Shown: positions 46,801 through 56,290 of the stretch, in pieces
Position numbering within the stretch: the stretch's first letter is position 1
Layout of the letters: each line of letters begins with the position of its first letter
Assembly (NCBI GenBank): GCA_965112155.1
Contig: OZ218099.1
Source of the DNA: Podarcis liolepis
Lineage: Eukaryota
Direction: 5' to 3' (one strand)
Length of the DNA: 64,000 bases
Translations under genes and position numbers: made by a program
The notes under the pieces: model-generated
Databases searched by the model: none
Told to the model about the DNA's origin: nothing
Seen by the model: only the letters and a program-made list of their open reading frames with translations

Positions 46801-47368
46801 TACAACAGCTGTCACTCTAAGCCTCTTCCTTTTTAAATGTCTACTTAAAATAACATAGTGACATCATAATAAGCGCCCCACTTTAACATCATAGGCTAGC
46901 AGAAGCAGTATGATGATGTCATATCAAAATATTTTTTGGTATTAAATGTTACAAGAAAGATTGAGTCAAAGGGCACAAAGAGACAGCGGTTCTATTGTAG
47001 CAACACTTGCCCTGGCCATGAAATACCATACGGTACACGGGACATTTTGAACACTTAAAATTCGCTGCACGAATGCAAAGTAGAATTATTGTGCAAGGCT
47101 ATCACCCAGCGACTCCCTATTAGAAGGATTACATCGCTTTTCCTTGACTTGGTTCAATCTTGAGGGGAAAGAACTCTGCACATGTTCGAAGCAAGCCTCG
47201 CCTTTTATTTCACCGGCGGGGGAGGGGAGAGAATTAAGTTCTGCGGGCGAAAGGGAGCTCGGCCTAGGGAGGACCCGTCCGAGCATTTCACCCCCCGACA
47301 CCCTCCCACCGGGACCTACTCACGAAAAAGAGCTCCCGCTTCCCCAACACCGTCTCCAGCTCCGGCAT
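31811..47368 (-). CDS. XAB2: XAB2 / SYF1, HAT(TPR)-repeat pre-mRNA splicing factor (NTC-related), complete, 19 exons, 852 aa
   Basis: 19 GT-AG exons join in frame (2559 nt including stop), from [36 protein letters not shown] to [20 protein letters not shown]; very close to known XAB2 sequence. Confidence 0.97.
32218..32327 (-). CDS. XAB2: XAB2 exon 18
   Basis: [21 protein letters not shown]...EPD. Confidence 0.93.
33373..33499 (-). CDS. XAB2: XAB2 exon 17
   Basis: [19 protein letters not shown]...ILFV. Confidence 0.94.
33620..33791 (-). CDS. XAB2: XAB2 exon 16
   Basis: [21 protein letters not shown]...ATGT. Confidence 0.94.
34160..34310 (-). mobile_element. CR1 LINE 3' end
   Basis: Minus strand ...gttggactag...cccttccaactctacaattctatgattctatgat, the typical CR1 (ATTCTRTG)n terminus. 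Confidence 0.8.
34317..34439 (-). CDS. XAB2: XAB2 exon 15
   Basis: [28 protein letters not shown]...CDPR. Confidence 0.94.
35039..35229 (-). CDS. XAB2: XAB2 exon 14
   Basis: [19 protein letters not shown]...KAIE. Confidence 0.95.
35816..35978 (-). CDS. XAB2: XAB2 exon 13
   Basis: [14 protein letters not shown]...GCPQKYAK. Confidence 0.94.
36472..36585 (-). CDS. XAB2: XAB2 exon 12
   Basis: [18 protein letters not shown]...EESFK. Confidence 0.95.
38010..38141 (-). CDS. XAB2: XAB2 exon 11
   Basis: [14 protein letters not shown]...LGTFK. Confidence 0.95.
38219..38443. mobile_element. Probable MITE (PIF/Harbinger-like ends) containing a (TG)n run
   Basis: Imperfect terminal inverted repeat taagggtagaattca / tgatcccaccctta. 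Confidence 0.4.
38769..38900 (-). CDS. XAB2: XAB2 exon 10
   Basis: [17 protein letters not shown]...ILR. Confidence 0.94.
39303..39422 (-). CDS. XAB2: XAB2 exon 9
   Basis: [20 protein letters not shown]...QIED. Confidence 0.94.
40066..40217 (-). CDS. XAB2: XAB2 exon 8
   Basis: [15 protein letters not shown]...GKPRE. Confidence 0.95.
40384..40409. repeat. (TCTA)n microsatellite
   Basis: Tetranucleotide run. Confidence 0.95.
40707..40851 (-). CDS. XAB2: XAB2 exon 7
   Basis: [18 protein letters not shown]...GREEE. Confidence 0.95.
41284..41711. mobile_element. hAT-type non-autonomous element
   Basis: Terminal inverted repeats cagtagttctcaacct / aggttgaaaacctctg; target-site duplication agctaaat/ggctaaat (7 of 8). 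Confidence 0.78.
42722..42886 (-). CDS. XAB2: XAB2 exon 6
   Basis: [13 protein letters not shown]...SGHFEK. Confidence 0.95.
43051..43185 (-). CDS. XAB2: XAB2 exon 5
   Basis: [13 protein letters not shown]...GKSNYQ. Confidence 0.95.
43935..44103 (-). mobile_element. L2-clade LINE 3' fragment
   Basis: Reverse complement closely matches 55630-55810. Confidence 0.8.
44580..44777 (-). CDS. XAB2: XAB2 exon 4
   Basis: [15 protein letters not shown]...RRYLK. Confidence 0.96.
45696..45819 (-). CDS. XAB2: XAB2 exon 3
   Basis: [10 protein letters not shown]...VFMHK. Confidence 0.95.
46183..46331 (-). CDS. XAB2: XAB2 exon 2
   Basis: [21 protein letters not shown]...; GT-AG boundaries. Confidence 0.95.
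46653..46787. mobile_element. Palindromic hAT-type MITE (3311 family)
   Basis: Same inverted structure; target-site duplication ttatagag/ttacaaag. Confidence 0.8.
47324..47368 (-). CDS. XAB2: XAB2 exon 1 ([15 protein letters not shown])
   Basis: aagATGc start, TTC|gtgagt donor, within the CpG island. Confidence 0.88.
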
Positions 47369-47643
47369 CTTGGACGCTTCCCACTCAGAGCGAGCGAGGC
47401 GCACGGCAATGACGCACAAGCACAGCTGCGGTTCAGAGTTCGGGCTCTCTCCTCCGCTTGCGTCACTTGGCCAGCAACAGTCCTATTGGTCATCCGACAG
47501 GGAGGACGTTTCCTTTCCGCCTTCCGGCCGCCATGTTGCTTGCGGGCGCCATCTTCGGAAGACTTTAGGGGCGTGGCATATGGCGAGGGTGGGCGGTGCC
47601 AGAGGGAGGGCGGGGCCCCGTTCAGCATCGGCCAAGCGGCGCC

Positions 47644-47670
47644 ATGGGGGTGAAGCTGGAGGTGTTCCGG
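47644..47670 (+). CDS. PET100: PET100 exon 1 (MGVKLEVFR)
   Basis: Kozak gccATGG; CGG|gtctgt donor. Confidence 0.92.
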
Positions 47671-49996
47671 GTCTGTGGCAAGCGGGGTCCTCCTGGGGTG
47701 GGAATGGGGATTTCTCTTTCGCAGACAGAAAGTCTTGTGCAGCTCCCCCGGGGCAAAAACCCCGGGGCAAAAAGTCTTGTGCAGCTCCCCCGGGGCAAAA
47801 ACCTCCTCCCCAGCAGGCTCTCTTTTCGCTCTTGGGGGCTCGCTGGCCAACATACGAGTTTAAGATAAGATCCTCCCCCCTTGGAGCCCTTCACGTGCCT
47901 CGGAGAGCTTCGGTTTTATGGGTTAAAATATATAACTGGAAGGGCAGGCAGCTCGATCGCTCGATCTTATTTTCAAGGCAATAGATGTAGTTTTGAATAT
48001 CTGTTAGGTTTCATACATGCATAATGTTGGGAAGCACGTAGGAAAGAGCAGGTTGCCCTTACTCGCGGGTATCTGCAGGGAAATGCCGTCTGTCCTCCCC
48101 GAAGAGCAGGTCGGGGTGGTTACAATTCCAATGCGGAAACTGGTGAAATGCGCTGCTCGTTAATGTGCCCGAGGTGCCGCTGCGCCCTGCGTCTTCCTTC
48201 GCCCTAGAAGCACAGCCCTTGGTGTTGTCAGTGATCCTTTCCTTGTCTCCCTCCGCATCCTGGTGCACAATAACTTCGCCTACAACCTAGATGTGTTTCC
48301 CTTTCTTTCTGCCATTTCTCCTTTCTACCTTTACCTTTTTTACCTTTACCTCTACCATATGATGGTCGTCCATCTGACCTTTTAGCAAGGGATGAGAGGA
48401 AGCTTCTGCCGTCAAGGGCCAGATTGGGCAAGATCTAATAAAACCCTGCAAAGTGTCCCAATGCACCTGTATTACCATCTGACTTCCTATCTCCTTTCTC
48501 TTGCAGATGATGCTGTATTTATCTTTTCCTGTTGCTATGTTCTGGATTTCAAATCAGGCAGATTATTTTGAAGAATATGTTATCAAGCGGAAGGTCAGTT
48601 TTGTCATGTAATTAGAAAGGGAAGAACAGGGTGGACTAATGAAATCATTTCCAAACCTTTCCTGTGAGGTTTTATCTGGGTTTTTTTTTTAATTTTCATG
48701 CTGATTTCACCTCTGGAATTGGAAAAGAAAAACCCAGGCTTCCTTTTATTGCATTTTACTCAACAGCCATTGCTGGGAGCCTGGCTTCTACAAGCAAATA
48801 CTGTATGCAAAAGCTGGCATTGCACACAATGCATCTAGTTGCTTCTGGTGTGCTGTTTAGCAGGAGTCATTGGTCTGTAAATAAACAAAATTAATAATAA
48901 TAATAAGTGGAACCTGCAGCAAAATGTTGCAGCATATATTCTCTCCTAAAAGGAGGCTTCCTGTTCAGGGTTCCAGTCAGCCATTCCGTCCAAGGAGGGC
49001 TTTCCACTTCTCTCCTCTTCCTTTTTTATTTTTCAGCTCTCAGTCTATATTCTATGAGCATTCTTAACCCTGGGCTATTTGGGGGAGCATTGCCTCTTTC
49101 AGTTTTAGTTTTAAAGACCCCCCCCCCCCACTTCTGCCACTATCAGAGTTACCCCAAGCATTCCAATGCTGTTCCTTGGTGGCCCCATTTGGGTTATGCT
49201 ACCGTCTGTACTTGATACCTGAACTATTAGGAGAATAAACAAGATTTTCTCAACTGTGTTAAGAGGCCAGGACTTATCTCTTTCTTTCCCAGGTAAATGT
49301 TCTTCTTAGGCATGAGACTCTTAATCTCAGGGTCTTAGGTTTGAGCCCCAGGTTGGACAACAGATCTTTGCATTGCAGGGGGTTGGACTAGATGACTTTA
49401 GTGTTCCCTTCCAACTCTACAATTCTGATTCTATCCCCAGTGACAGTCTTGAAAATTAGGAAGACTTTTCAGTTCTCACAGAATTTTGGTTTGTTTCCTC
49501 ACTCAAGCTGGCTGTATCTTCCCTGCCCTCTTGGTGTTTTTGACAAATTTGCCTGCTTTCTGCTTGTATGGCAGTGGAAATTTAGGTGGCATGGTTTTAA
49601 TCTGTTTCAATATAAAAGCAGGACTTTCCAATAATATGATTCCCTTTTTAATCCTTTTCCTTCAGAGGGAGATATACCCACCTGAAGATAATTACCAGGT
49701 AAATATGCCTCAAGAATGAATACTGCATGTCTAATCCAGGAGGGGGGAACCTGTGACCTTCCAGATGTTGGTCTGCAGCTCCCATCTTTCCTGACCATTG
49801 GCCATGCTGGCTAGGACTGGTGGGCATTGGGATTCCAACTGGAGGGCCACAAGTAGCCCACCCCCGGTCTAAGCGAACAGATAATTTATGATGAAATTGG
49901 CACTTCTGTCTTCTCCAGAGAAAAGAACTGGAAGACTTCAAAGAGAGAATGAGGAAGGAACACGAGAAGCGGATGTTGCAGTCAGCTAAGGAATAA
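47644..49996 (+). CDS. PET100: PET100 cytochrome c oxidase assembly chaperone, complete, 4 exons, 74 aa
   Basis: Exons 47644-47670, 48507-48593, 49666-49698 and 49919-49996 give MGVKLEVFRMMLYLSFPVAMFWISNQADYFEEYVIKRKREIYPPEDNYQRKELEDFKERMRKEHEKRMLQSAKE*. This is the PET100 signature, head-to-head with XAB2 as in mammals. Confidence 0.95.
47729..47802. repeat. Tandem duplication in PET100 intron 1 (32-bp unit twice, period 42)
   Basis: aaagtcttgtgcagctcccccggggcaaaaac at 47729 and 47771. Confidence 0.95.
48507..48593 (+). CDS. PET100: PET100 exon 2 (transmembrane segment)
   Basis: ttgcag|ATG acceptor, AAG|gtcagt donor. Confidence 0.94.
49309..49434 (+). mobile_element. 5'-truncated tRNA-Lys(CTT)-headed SINE with CR1 tail
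   Basis: gcatgagactcttaatctcagggt...gagcccca followed by gcattgcagggggttggactagatga...cccttccaactctacaattctgattctat. Confidence 0.8.
49666..49698 (+). CDS. PET100: PET100 exon 3 (REIYPPEDNYQ)
   Basis: cttcag|AGG acceptor, CAG|gtaaat donor. Confidence 0.9.
49737..49866. mobile_element. Palindromic hAT-type MITE in PET100 intron 3
   Basis: Inverted structure; target-site duplication gtctaatc/gtctaagc. Confidence 0.75.
49919..49996 (+). CDS. PET100: PET100 exon 4 (RKELEDFKERM...*)
   Basis: ctccag|AGA acceptor; TAA stop followed by TGA. Confidence 0.92.
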   Translation, partial: RKELEDFKERMRKEHEKRMLQSAKE

Positions 49997-50300
49997 TGAT
50001 GTAGCATCATCCCCTTTCTCCCCAGGGTTTGATGCACTCTCAAGAAAGTTGTCATCACAAATCTCCTACTTTAACTTAACAAATGCCCTCTAAAACACTT
50101 TTTGTACTAAGAGATGAAGGGAATTGCAATGCAGTTCCACTTTGTATTCCTGAATATGGTTCTATGCATGCCTCCATGGCCGCCAACGGAAAATGGGAAG
50201 AGGATATAGGCTCCTTCCTTCGTGTTCTTCTGGCTCTTGCTGGGTGAAGCTGCTGAACCCTGTCTGCAAGTTTGGCAGCTGTCTTAGGAGAGTCACTTTG

Positions 50301-50306
50301 AATAAA
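50301..50306 (+). promoter_or_regulatory. Probable PET100 polyadenylation signal AATAAA
   Basis: Canonical hexamer about 300 nt after the stop, with GT/T-rich sequence downstream. Confidence 0.65.
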
Positions 50307-51234
50307 AAGTTATTTATAGAAAGACTGAATCTCTGTATGTCTTTCAGTAAAGGTATCTGGGTGTCTTCAGAGGTGCAAGTTATATTTCACTTGTCCTCCT
50401 TGGACTGAAGATCTGTTTTATCCAGGTGGATCCTTCTGCACTGCTTTCTTCTCTCATTGCTCTGGTTTGCACATCACATTAAACCATAGTAAAGTAAACT
50501 ATTGTTTAGTGTGAATGGGCTGCTAAAAGCATGGGTGCAAAACAGATGGATGAACAGGCCATTGATTTCCTGGAATATATCCTGCAGTTTTATGAAGACG
50601 GGAGAAAAGTAGTTTGGTGCTGCAGGTGAACAGCCTGCCGTGATCTCTCTTTTACATTTTGCCAAACTTCTTGTGACTTCTGAAAACTAAAAGTACAATC
50701 CACCCCCACCCCCAAGAACTCTGTAATTCTGGCAGTCCCATTGTGTAATCACCCAGTGCATTGAAAGCTTGATAGTTCAATATTCAAAATCCAGCGTACT
50801 TTCACAGTGTTCTGTTCTTGCTGGGCATGACCCATAAATGACTACCCATTTTACACTCTGTTCCGAGAAACCTTTTTTAATTGCATTTATACATTTGAGG
50901 CAGCACTTGTCTCAGTGTCCAAGGGAACACTGCTAGGCATGTTAAGAGGGATAGAAGTAGAGGAATCTGATGTGTATGTTGGGAGGGGGACTTTGTGGGT
51001 AGAACTGCTTGCATCCTATGGGGAAGCAGTGCCAGGGCTTAGTGGATTTGAGAAACAAGGTGTATGCTTGTGTCTTGGGTAGTAGGACTTGACAAATATC
51101 TCATGCAAGGACATTGAAAGAACCTCGTTATCAAAATATTTGTAGATTACATCCCTACTGCTGGGGTGGAGGAAATGTGATGTTAAAGCAAAGCATGGTA
51201 GATTTGGGAGAGGAGGTCTTGCAGATCTGTGCCT

Positions 51235-51423
51235 TTAGGAGGAAGTGCTAGGATCCTGGGCACTGACAGGTTTGGGGGTTGGACTTTTTACTTTGCCCTT
51301 GGCAGCTTCAAGCTGCTTGCCATGGATGCGGTTGATGAAGGAGAAATAATCATCCATGGGTGCAATGGGAACGACTGATATATCTGAAGCGGCACCTTCT
51401 GGTAAAGCCAAGTCCTTGCTCTC
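51235..51423 (-). CDS. PCP2: Probable PCP2 terminal coding exon
   Basis: Textbook acceptor (ACTAAC branch point plus ttttctctttgcttcaacag); phase 0 matches the 63390 donor; the end KSPTPKPVSAQDPS resembles the recalled mammalian LSPQP..TPQDP; ATTAAA on minus strand at 50876-50881. Confidence 0.72.
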   Translation of the reverse strand, partial: ESKDLALPEGAASDISVVPIAPMDDYFSFINRIHGKQLEAAKGKVKSPTPKPVSAQDPSTSS

Positions 51424-51849
51424 CTGTTGAAGCAAAGAGAAAAGTTAGTTTCATCCCAGATTCTTCTTTCATGTCTTCATTCAGCATCTAATCTCATCCA
51501 TGACCCTGATAGCCTAAGTCTAGCCTGCATGAACATAGATTATACCTTCCAGTACATCAAAATCCCGACCACAGCAGCTTTGTGCAGTAAACAACCTCTA
51601 GTTCCCCATCAGAACCACCATTATCACCATCCACCCTTTTCTGTCACTCGTACGGTCCACATTACTGTACCGACAGCTCTGGGCACTGGGTAGAATCTCA
51701 AGGTCTTCAGTCCTCCTAAGGGCAGCCAACTCTGGTCTATTAAGCTACATCACTTCCAAACCATCTGGAAAAGATGCGTCAGTTGTGAAAGGTACGCATC
51801 TATTGAAAGACGTTTTGGGCACCCTGGTTATCACCAATTGAAGCTTCAT

Positions 51850-52790
51850 TACTCAAACCGCTTGGTATAAAAAGGGGACGTGGCCTACATATAGAGATTA
51901 CTGAGAGATCAAGAAGGAAAATAGAAATTAAAAGATTATGAGGAAATTAAAGACCATTTCCAGAGTTGGCTGCATTGCAGACAAATACATGAGATGTACA
52001 AGGAAGATAATAAGAAAGGGTTTAGCTATACAAGTTATAGAAGAAGTGAAGCTGCTGAAGAAAGCATTTTGCTAGAATGGGAAACAAAAGATGAAGAGGT
52101 CAAATCACTTATGATCAAATGGGCACAAGATACAGGACACAATATATAGTTTGAGGACTAGGAAAAACTCTGGAAGGTAGATTTGAAATTTACTGACTGT
52201 TCTCTGCTGAAAGAAAACTATATGAAAATGATGTATAGATGGTATATTACACCAGTACAAATAGCAAAAATGTATGAAACCGGGTTGGAAATGTAAAGAA
52301 AAAGAAGGTACTTTCTATCATATGTGGTGGAAATGTAGAGAAGTTAAAAAAAATTGGGAAATGATATATAATGAATTGAAAAAAATGTTTAAAATGACAT
52401 TTGTAAAAAAATCCAGAAGCATTTTTGTTAGGGATTGTAGGACAAGACCTGCCAAGAAAAAAAAAACTTATTTATGTATGCTATAACAGCGGCAAGAGTC
52501 TTGTTAGCACAAAGATGGAAGAATGAGGAAATTCCAACAAAAGAACAGTGGCAAGAAAAAATGATGAGCTATGCTGAAGTGGCCAAGTTGACATATAAAC
52601 TGCGTGACAAGGACAATCGTTACTTCAAAGAAGAATGGGAACTTTTCACAAATTATTTAAAAAGAGAACAAAATTATTTGGACTCCTTGGCAGGTTTTGA
52701 ATAAACATCCACAAATTTATTTGTTGAATACAGTATATGATAGATAAGGCAATGATATGTACAATTTTACAATATGCAGAGGATAATATG
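51850..52790 (+). mobile_element. Degraded L1-clade LINE 3' end (ORF2 C-terminus)
   Basis: A-rich, frameshifted ENYMKMMYRWYITP...WKCKEKEGTFYHMWWKC (CCHC region)...AARVLLAQRWK. Confidence 0.85.
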
Positions 52791-52899
52791 TGTAAAGAAA
52801 CCGGAGAGAGGAGCTGAGGGAAGTCCTGGGGGAGGGAGGGGAGGGAATAAACAACAGGGGGGGGATGTAAATGGATATATTGATTGATAAGCTGGTTGT

Positions 52900-52904
<5 letters not shown>

Positions 52905-52953
<49 letters not shown>
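52905..52953. repeat. (TG)n microsatellite
   Basis: Perfect run. Confidence 0.98.
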
Positions 52954-52958
<5 letters not shown>

Positions 52959-53031
52959 CCCCAACTCTTACACGGGAAGACACCCGAAGACACCAAAACC
53001 TGCATTCCTGTACCCGTGAAAATCTACGAAA

Positions 53032-53033
<2 letters not shown>

Positions 53034-53062
<29 letters not shown>
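53034..53062. repeat. (TA)n microsatellite
   Basis: Perfect run. Confidence 0.98.
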
Positions 53063-54977
53063 CGTTTTGGGGATTCAGGTTTAGGTGAGATGGATGACAA
53101 CATTCGTTACTACATGGAAAGCAGAAGATAAAAACTTAGCTTGTACTTTTAAGTACTATTTCCATAGCTAGGTTCCTTACCAGTGTTGCTCAGTTTCCAC
53201 AGGCCTTCATTTCCTGCATCCCTCCCTTTCTCAGTCCACACATAAACGCAGATTACAAATCTCATTTCTTCCTCTCTGCCCAAGTACTGCTCTTTCAACC
53301 ACACATACAGCATGCATGAGCACACACAACCTATTCAGAAAAGACTCCATGGGTAAAGTGCTTGCCATTCCCCCAACCTACCAAATCCAATTTTTCACAA
53401 CCGGAAATGCAACAGGGCCACCCAACTGGCTCTTGCAGGCACTGTGGTGGCCCTGGGCACCATGTAAGCAATCCCTGCCATATGAGTGTTGTTGACGAAA
53501 GGTTTCTGGCCAGATATGTATATCCTTCAAGTTTCAAGGGTCTGGAACAGTTTGTATTTCAGGGAAGAATGGCTTGAGAGGATCAGCAACAAGGTTACTT
53601 TAAAGATTTAATTATGTGCACTCTTTCAGCTTTAAAGGAGTTATTCATAGTTTGCAAATACGGAGTCTGATACTGAAGTAGGATGCAGGGCTTAGGCGTT
53701 AGCACAGTGTGAAGAAGGAAGATGAATTATGTTGCAGCCAAAGAACTTAGAAGCACTGTGGTTCCTATTACTGTTGTCAGCCAGTATCTTGTCTACTGTC
53801 CAGGGAATCAAGGTGTTGTACACTTCAGAGGCAGATCTGGATGAGTTGCTACACATTCTCATCCCAACCTCAAATTGCCTGGCTATAGTGGTAGAATTTG
53901 CCCTTTTCCGGCAATAATTACCTCTTCATTTCTGTGCCATGGGAGTGTGGAGATCAGCACTTTCAAATGTGCTTTGGGTGATTTGCAAAACCCATTTTTC
54001 CCAGTGCAAAGCTAACTTTGGGCCAGATAGCTTGTGGCAGACGTCTATATACATGCCTTATTTTTTAAAAAAGAATTCTTGCTGAACATAAGATGGCAAA
54101 GCAGCAGTGTACGTGGTGAATCTCTTCACAAGAACGAGATCCACATTGATCTCTGAATAGATGCATCCACTCTTGGAATGGAGATAGAAGATGCACCAGG
54201 AAGCCAATGTGTGTTCATGTGTTTCAATCAGTGATTCTGCTGCCAACTTAATTTGCTGATGTTTGTGTGCTTCCAGAGTGCCTTTTAAAAAGAGGAGGAA
54301 TGGCTGGCTCAGGGTAGCTGCTGAAGCCAGTCTGCACCCACTTTCTTCAGTCTCACTCTGTTAATCAGTGGTTGACAGCTGCTTATCCTGTTACAGAAGG
54401 TGGAATTATGTTACTTGCAGTATCAGTGTACCCATGGGTAGATCTCATTGATGTGTGGGATTTGACCTGGGCATGGTGTACATGGAATTTAAGTCCGGAT
54501 CAGAATGTGGCCATTACAGACTTGTTGGCTGAGCTTTCTGCTTATATATGAACCATAAGCCACCAAGGAACCCGTGATTCCCAATGCGTACAATCCAACA
54601 TAAAATTATGTGCACTTATGAAGGCTGACTCTGTGTTGGGCTGTGATGGATATGTGTGCCGTCACTCCATATTTATTCCAGGGAGCATATCCACATAGTC
54701 GCTTAATGTGTGCCCTTTCCTGCCTTTTTATTCCCATTACGCACCACACCATACATACATGTTGGCATGCACATGCACCCCTTGCGCTCACCTTCTTGCC
54801 ATATAATTCCCAAGTATCAATCCATCTGTTAGCTATGTTCAGGGGTCAGGGCTAATTCTTATGTAGACAAAATGGCACTACCGCACCTCAAAACAGTACT
54901 ACCCATGCACAAAAAGGAGGTATGAGCAAGATGGAGGTGTGTGCATACACAACCACACATGCTTATGCATGCTTTAT

Positions 54978-55846
54978 CCAGTGAAGGCGGTGAAGGTCCT
55001 GTGTGAGAGTCTGGAGGCGGTTGGAGGATGGATGGCAGCTAACGGATTGAGGTTGAATCCTGACAAGATTCTAGGGGGACAGGGGGCGGACTGGTGTGGA
55101 GGACTCCCTGGTCCTGAATGGGGTAACTGTGCCCCTGAAGGACTAGGTGCGCAGCCTGGGAGTCATTTTGGACTCACAGCTGTCCATGGAGGTGCAGGTC
55201 AATTCTGTGTCCAGGGCAGCTGTTTATCAGCTCCATCTGGTACACAGGCTGAGACCCTATCTGCCCGTGGACTGTCTTGCCAGAGTGGTGCATGCTCTGG
55301 TTATCTCCCGCTTGGACTACTGCAATGCGCTCTGTGTGGGGCTACCTTTGAAGGTGACCCAGAAAGTACAATTAATCCAGAATGTGGCAGCTAGACTGGT
55401 GACTGGGAGCGGCCACCGAGACCATATAACACCGGTCTTGAAAGACCTACACTGGCTCCCAATACGTTTCCAAGCACAATTCAAAGTGTTGGTGCTGACC
55501 TTTAAAGCCCTAAACGGCTTCGGTCCAGTATACCTGAAGGAGCGTCTCCACCCCCATCGTTCTGCCTGGACACTGAGGTCTAGCGCCGAGGGCCTTGCTA
55601 CAAGAAGCCAAGTTACAGGGAACCAGGCAGAGGGCCTTCTCGGTAGTGGGACCCGCCCTGTGGAACACCCTCCCGCCAGAGAAAAATGATGTCAAAGAGA
55701 AAAATAACTACCAAACTTTTAGAAGACATTTGAAGGCAGCCCTGTTTAGGGAAGCTTTTAATGTTTAATAGGTTATTGTGTTTTAGTGTTCTGTTGGAAG
55801 CCACCCAGAGTGGCTGGGGAAACCCAGTCAGATGGGCGGGGTATAA

Positions 55847-55897
<51 letters not shown>
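54978..55897 (+). mobile_element. L2-clade LINE, 5'-truncated, with RT C-terminal region and (TAA)n tail
   Basis: WMAANGLRLNPDK...RSLGVILDSQLSM...LVISRLDYCNAL...HITPVLKDLHWLP; ends in a (TAA)n run at 55849-55897. Confidence 0.9.
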
Positions 55898-55974
55898 CAC
55901 CCAGCTACTTGTGCTGTGTTTCAGTGAGTGGTTACTACCTGTGCATGTTCAGGGATCTGGTTTATGTTTCTTGA

Positions 55975-56290
55975 TTTTATTTGTTCATTTATTGCATTTA
56001 TAGTCCACCTTTTTCTCTGAGGAGCTCAATGTGGTATACCTGGTTTCTCTCCTCCTCATTCAATCCATACAACAACCCTGTGTGGTAGGTCAGGCTGAGT
56101 GGCAGTCATTTTCAGAATTTCTGTTATTGTTGTTGTTCCACCTTTTTTTCCTGACGGGGACTCAAGGCAGCTTACAGCTAAAATTTTATTTCATTCCATT
56201 TGTCTGTGGAAGGCGTTGATCCCTTCCCTTTTTCTTTACAACAACCCTGTGAGGTGGGTGAGGTTGCGATTGGCTCAAGGTGACCAATGT
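55975..56290 (-). mobile_element. MIR/CORE-SINE-like fragments (two)
   Basis: Two copies of acaacaaccctgtg(a/t)ggt(a/g)ggt. Confidence 0.5.

Larger units (their letters stand above)
47200..47720. promoter_or_regulatory. CpG island / bidirectional promoter shared by XAB2 and PET100
   Basis: CpG-rich; divergent ATGs at 47368(-) and 47644(+). Contains CRE-like TGACGCA sites, ATTGG (CCAAT box) at 47485, ETS cores CTTCCGG/CGGAAG, two YY1-type GCCATNTT motifs and GC boxes. Confidence 0.88.

Noticed and set aside
31811-47368. U12-type or non-canonical introns, or intronic snoRNAs in XAB2
   Set aside because: All 18 introns have ordinary GT-AG ends, and I saw no convincing C/D or H/ACA structure by eye; an Infernal/Rfam scan would be needed to exclude them
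47729-47802. CRISPR-like direct repeats
   Set aside because: Vertebrate intron, only two units, and the 'spacer' is itself part of the repeat
47144-47984. Several 90-204 aa ORFs over the promoter
   Set aside because: Stop-poor CpG island; the real coding parts are the short first exons of XAB2 and PET100
48059-48478. Antisense ORFs in PET100 intron 1 (basic GRGKGKKGK stretch)
   Set aside because: Explained by CpG-island shore plus a pyrimidine (ACCTTT)-like low-complexity tract; no splice or homology support
53181-53330. 150-nt exon-like segment on the minus strand (tag|...|gtaagg) in the PCP2 intron
   Set aside because: Open only in phase 1, whereas the flanking PCP2 exons are phase 0 (stop after 11 codons); no recognisable homology
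53700-54250. Possible degraded transposase or pseudogene (e.g. TTIARQFEVG)
   Set aside because: Stops in all frames and no second motif to support it; would need a translated search
55147-55689. 180-aa ORF as a host gene
   Set aside because: C-terminal fragment of an L2 reverse transcriptase ORF, frameshifted and 5'-truncated
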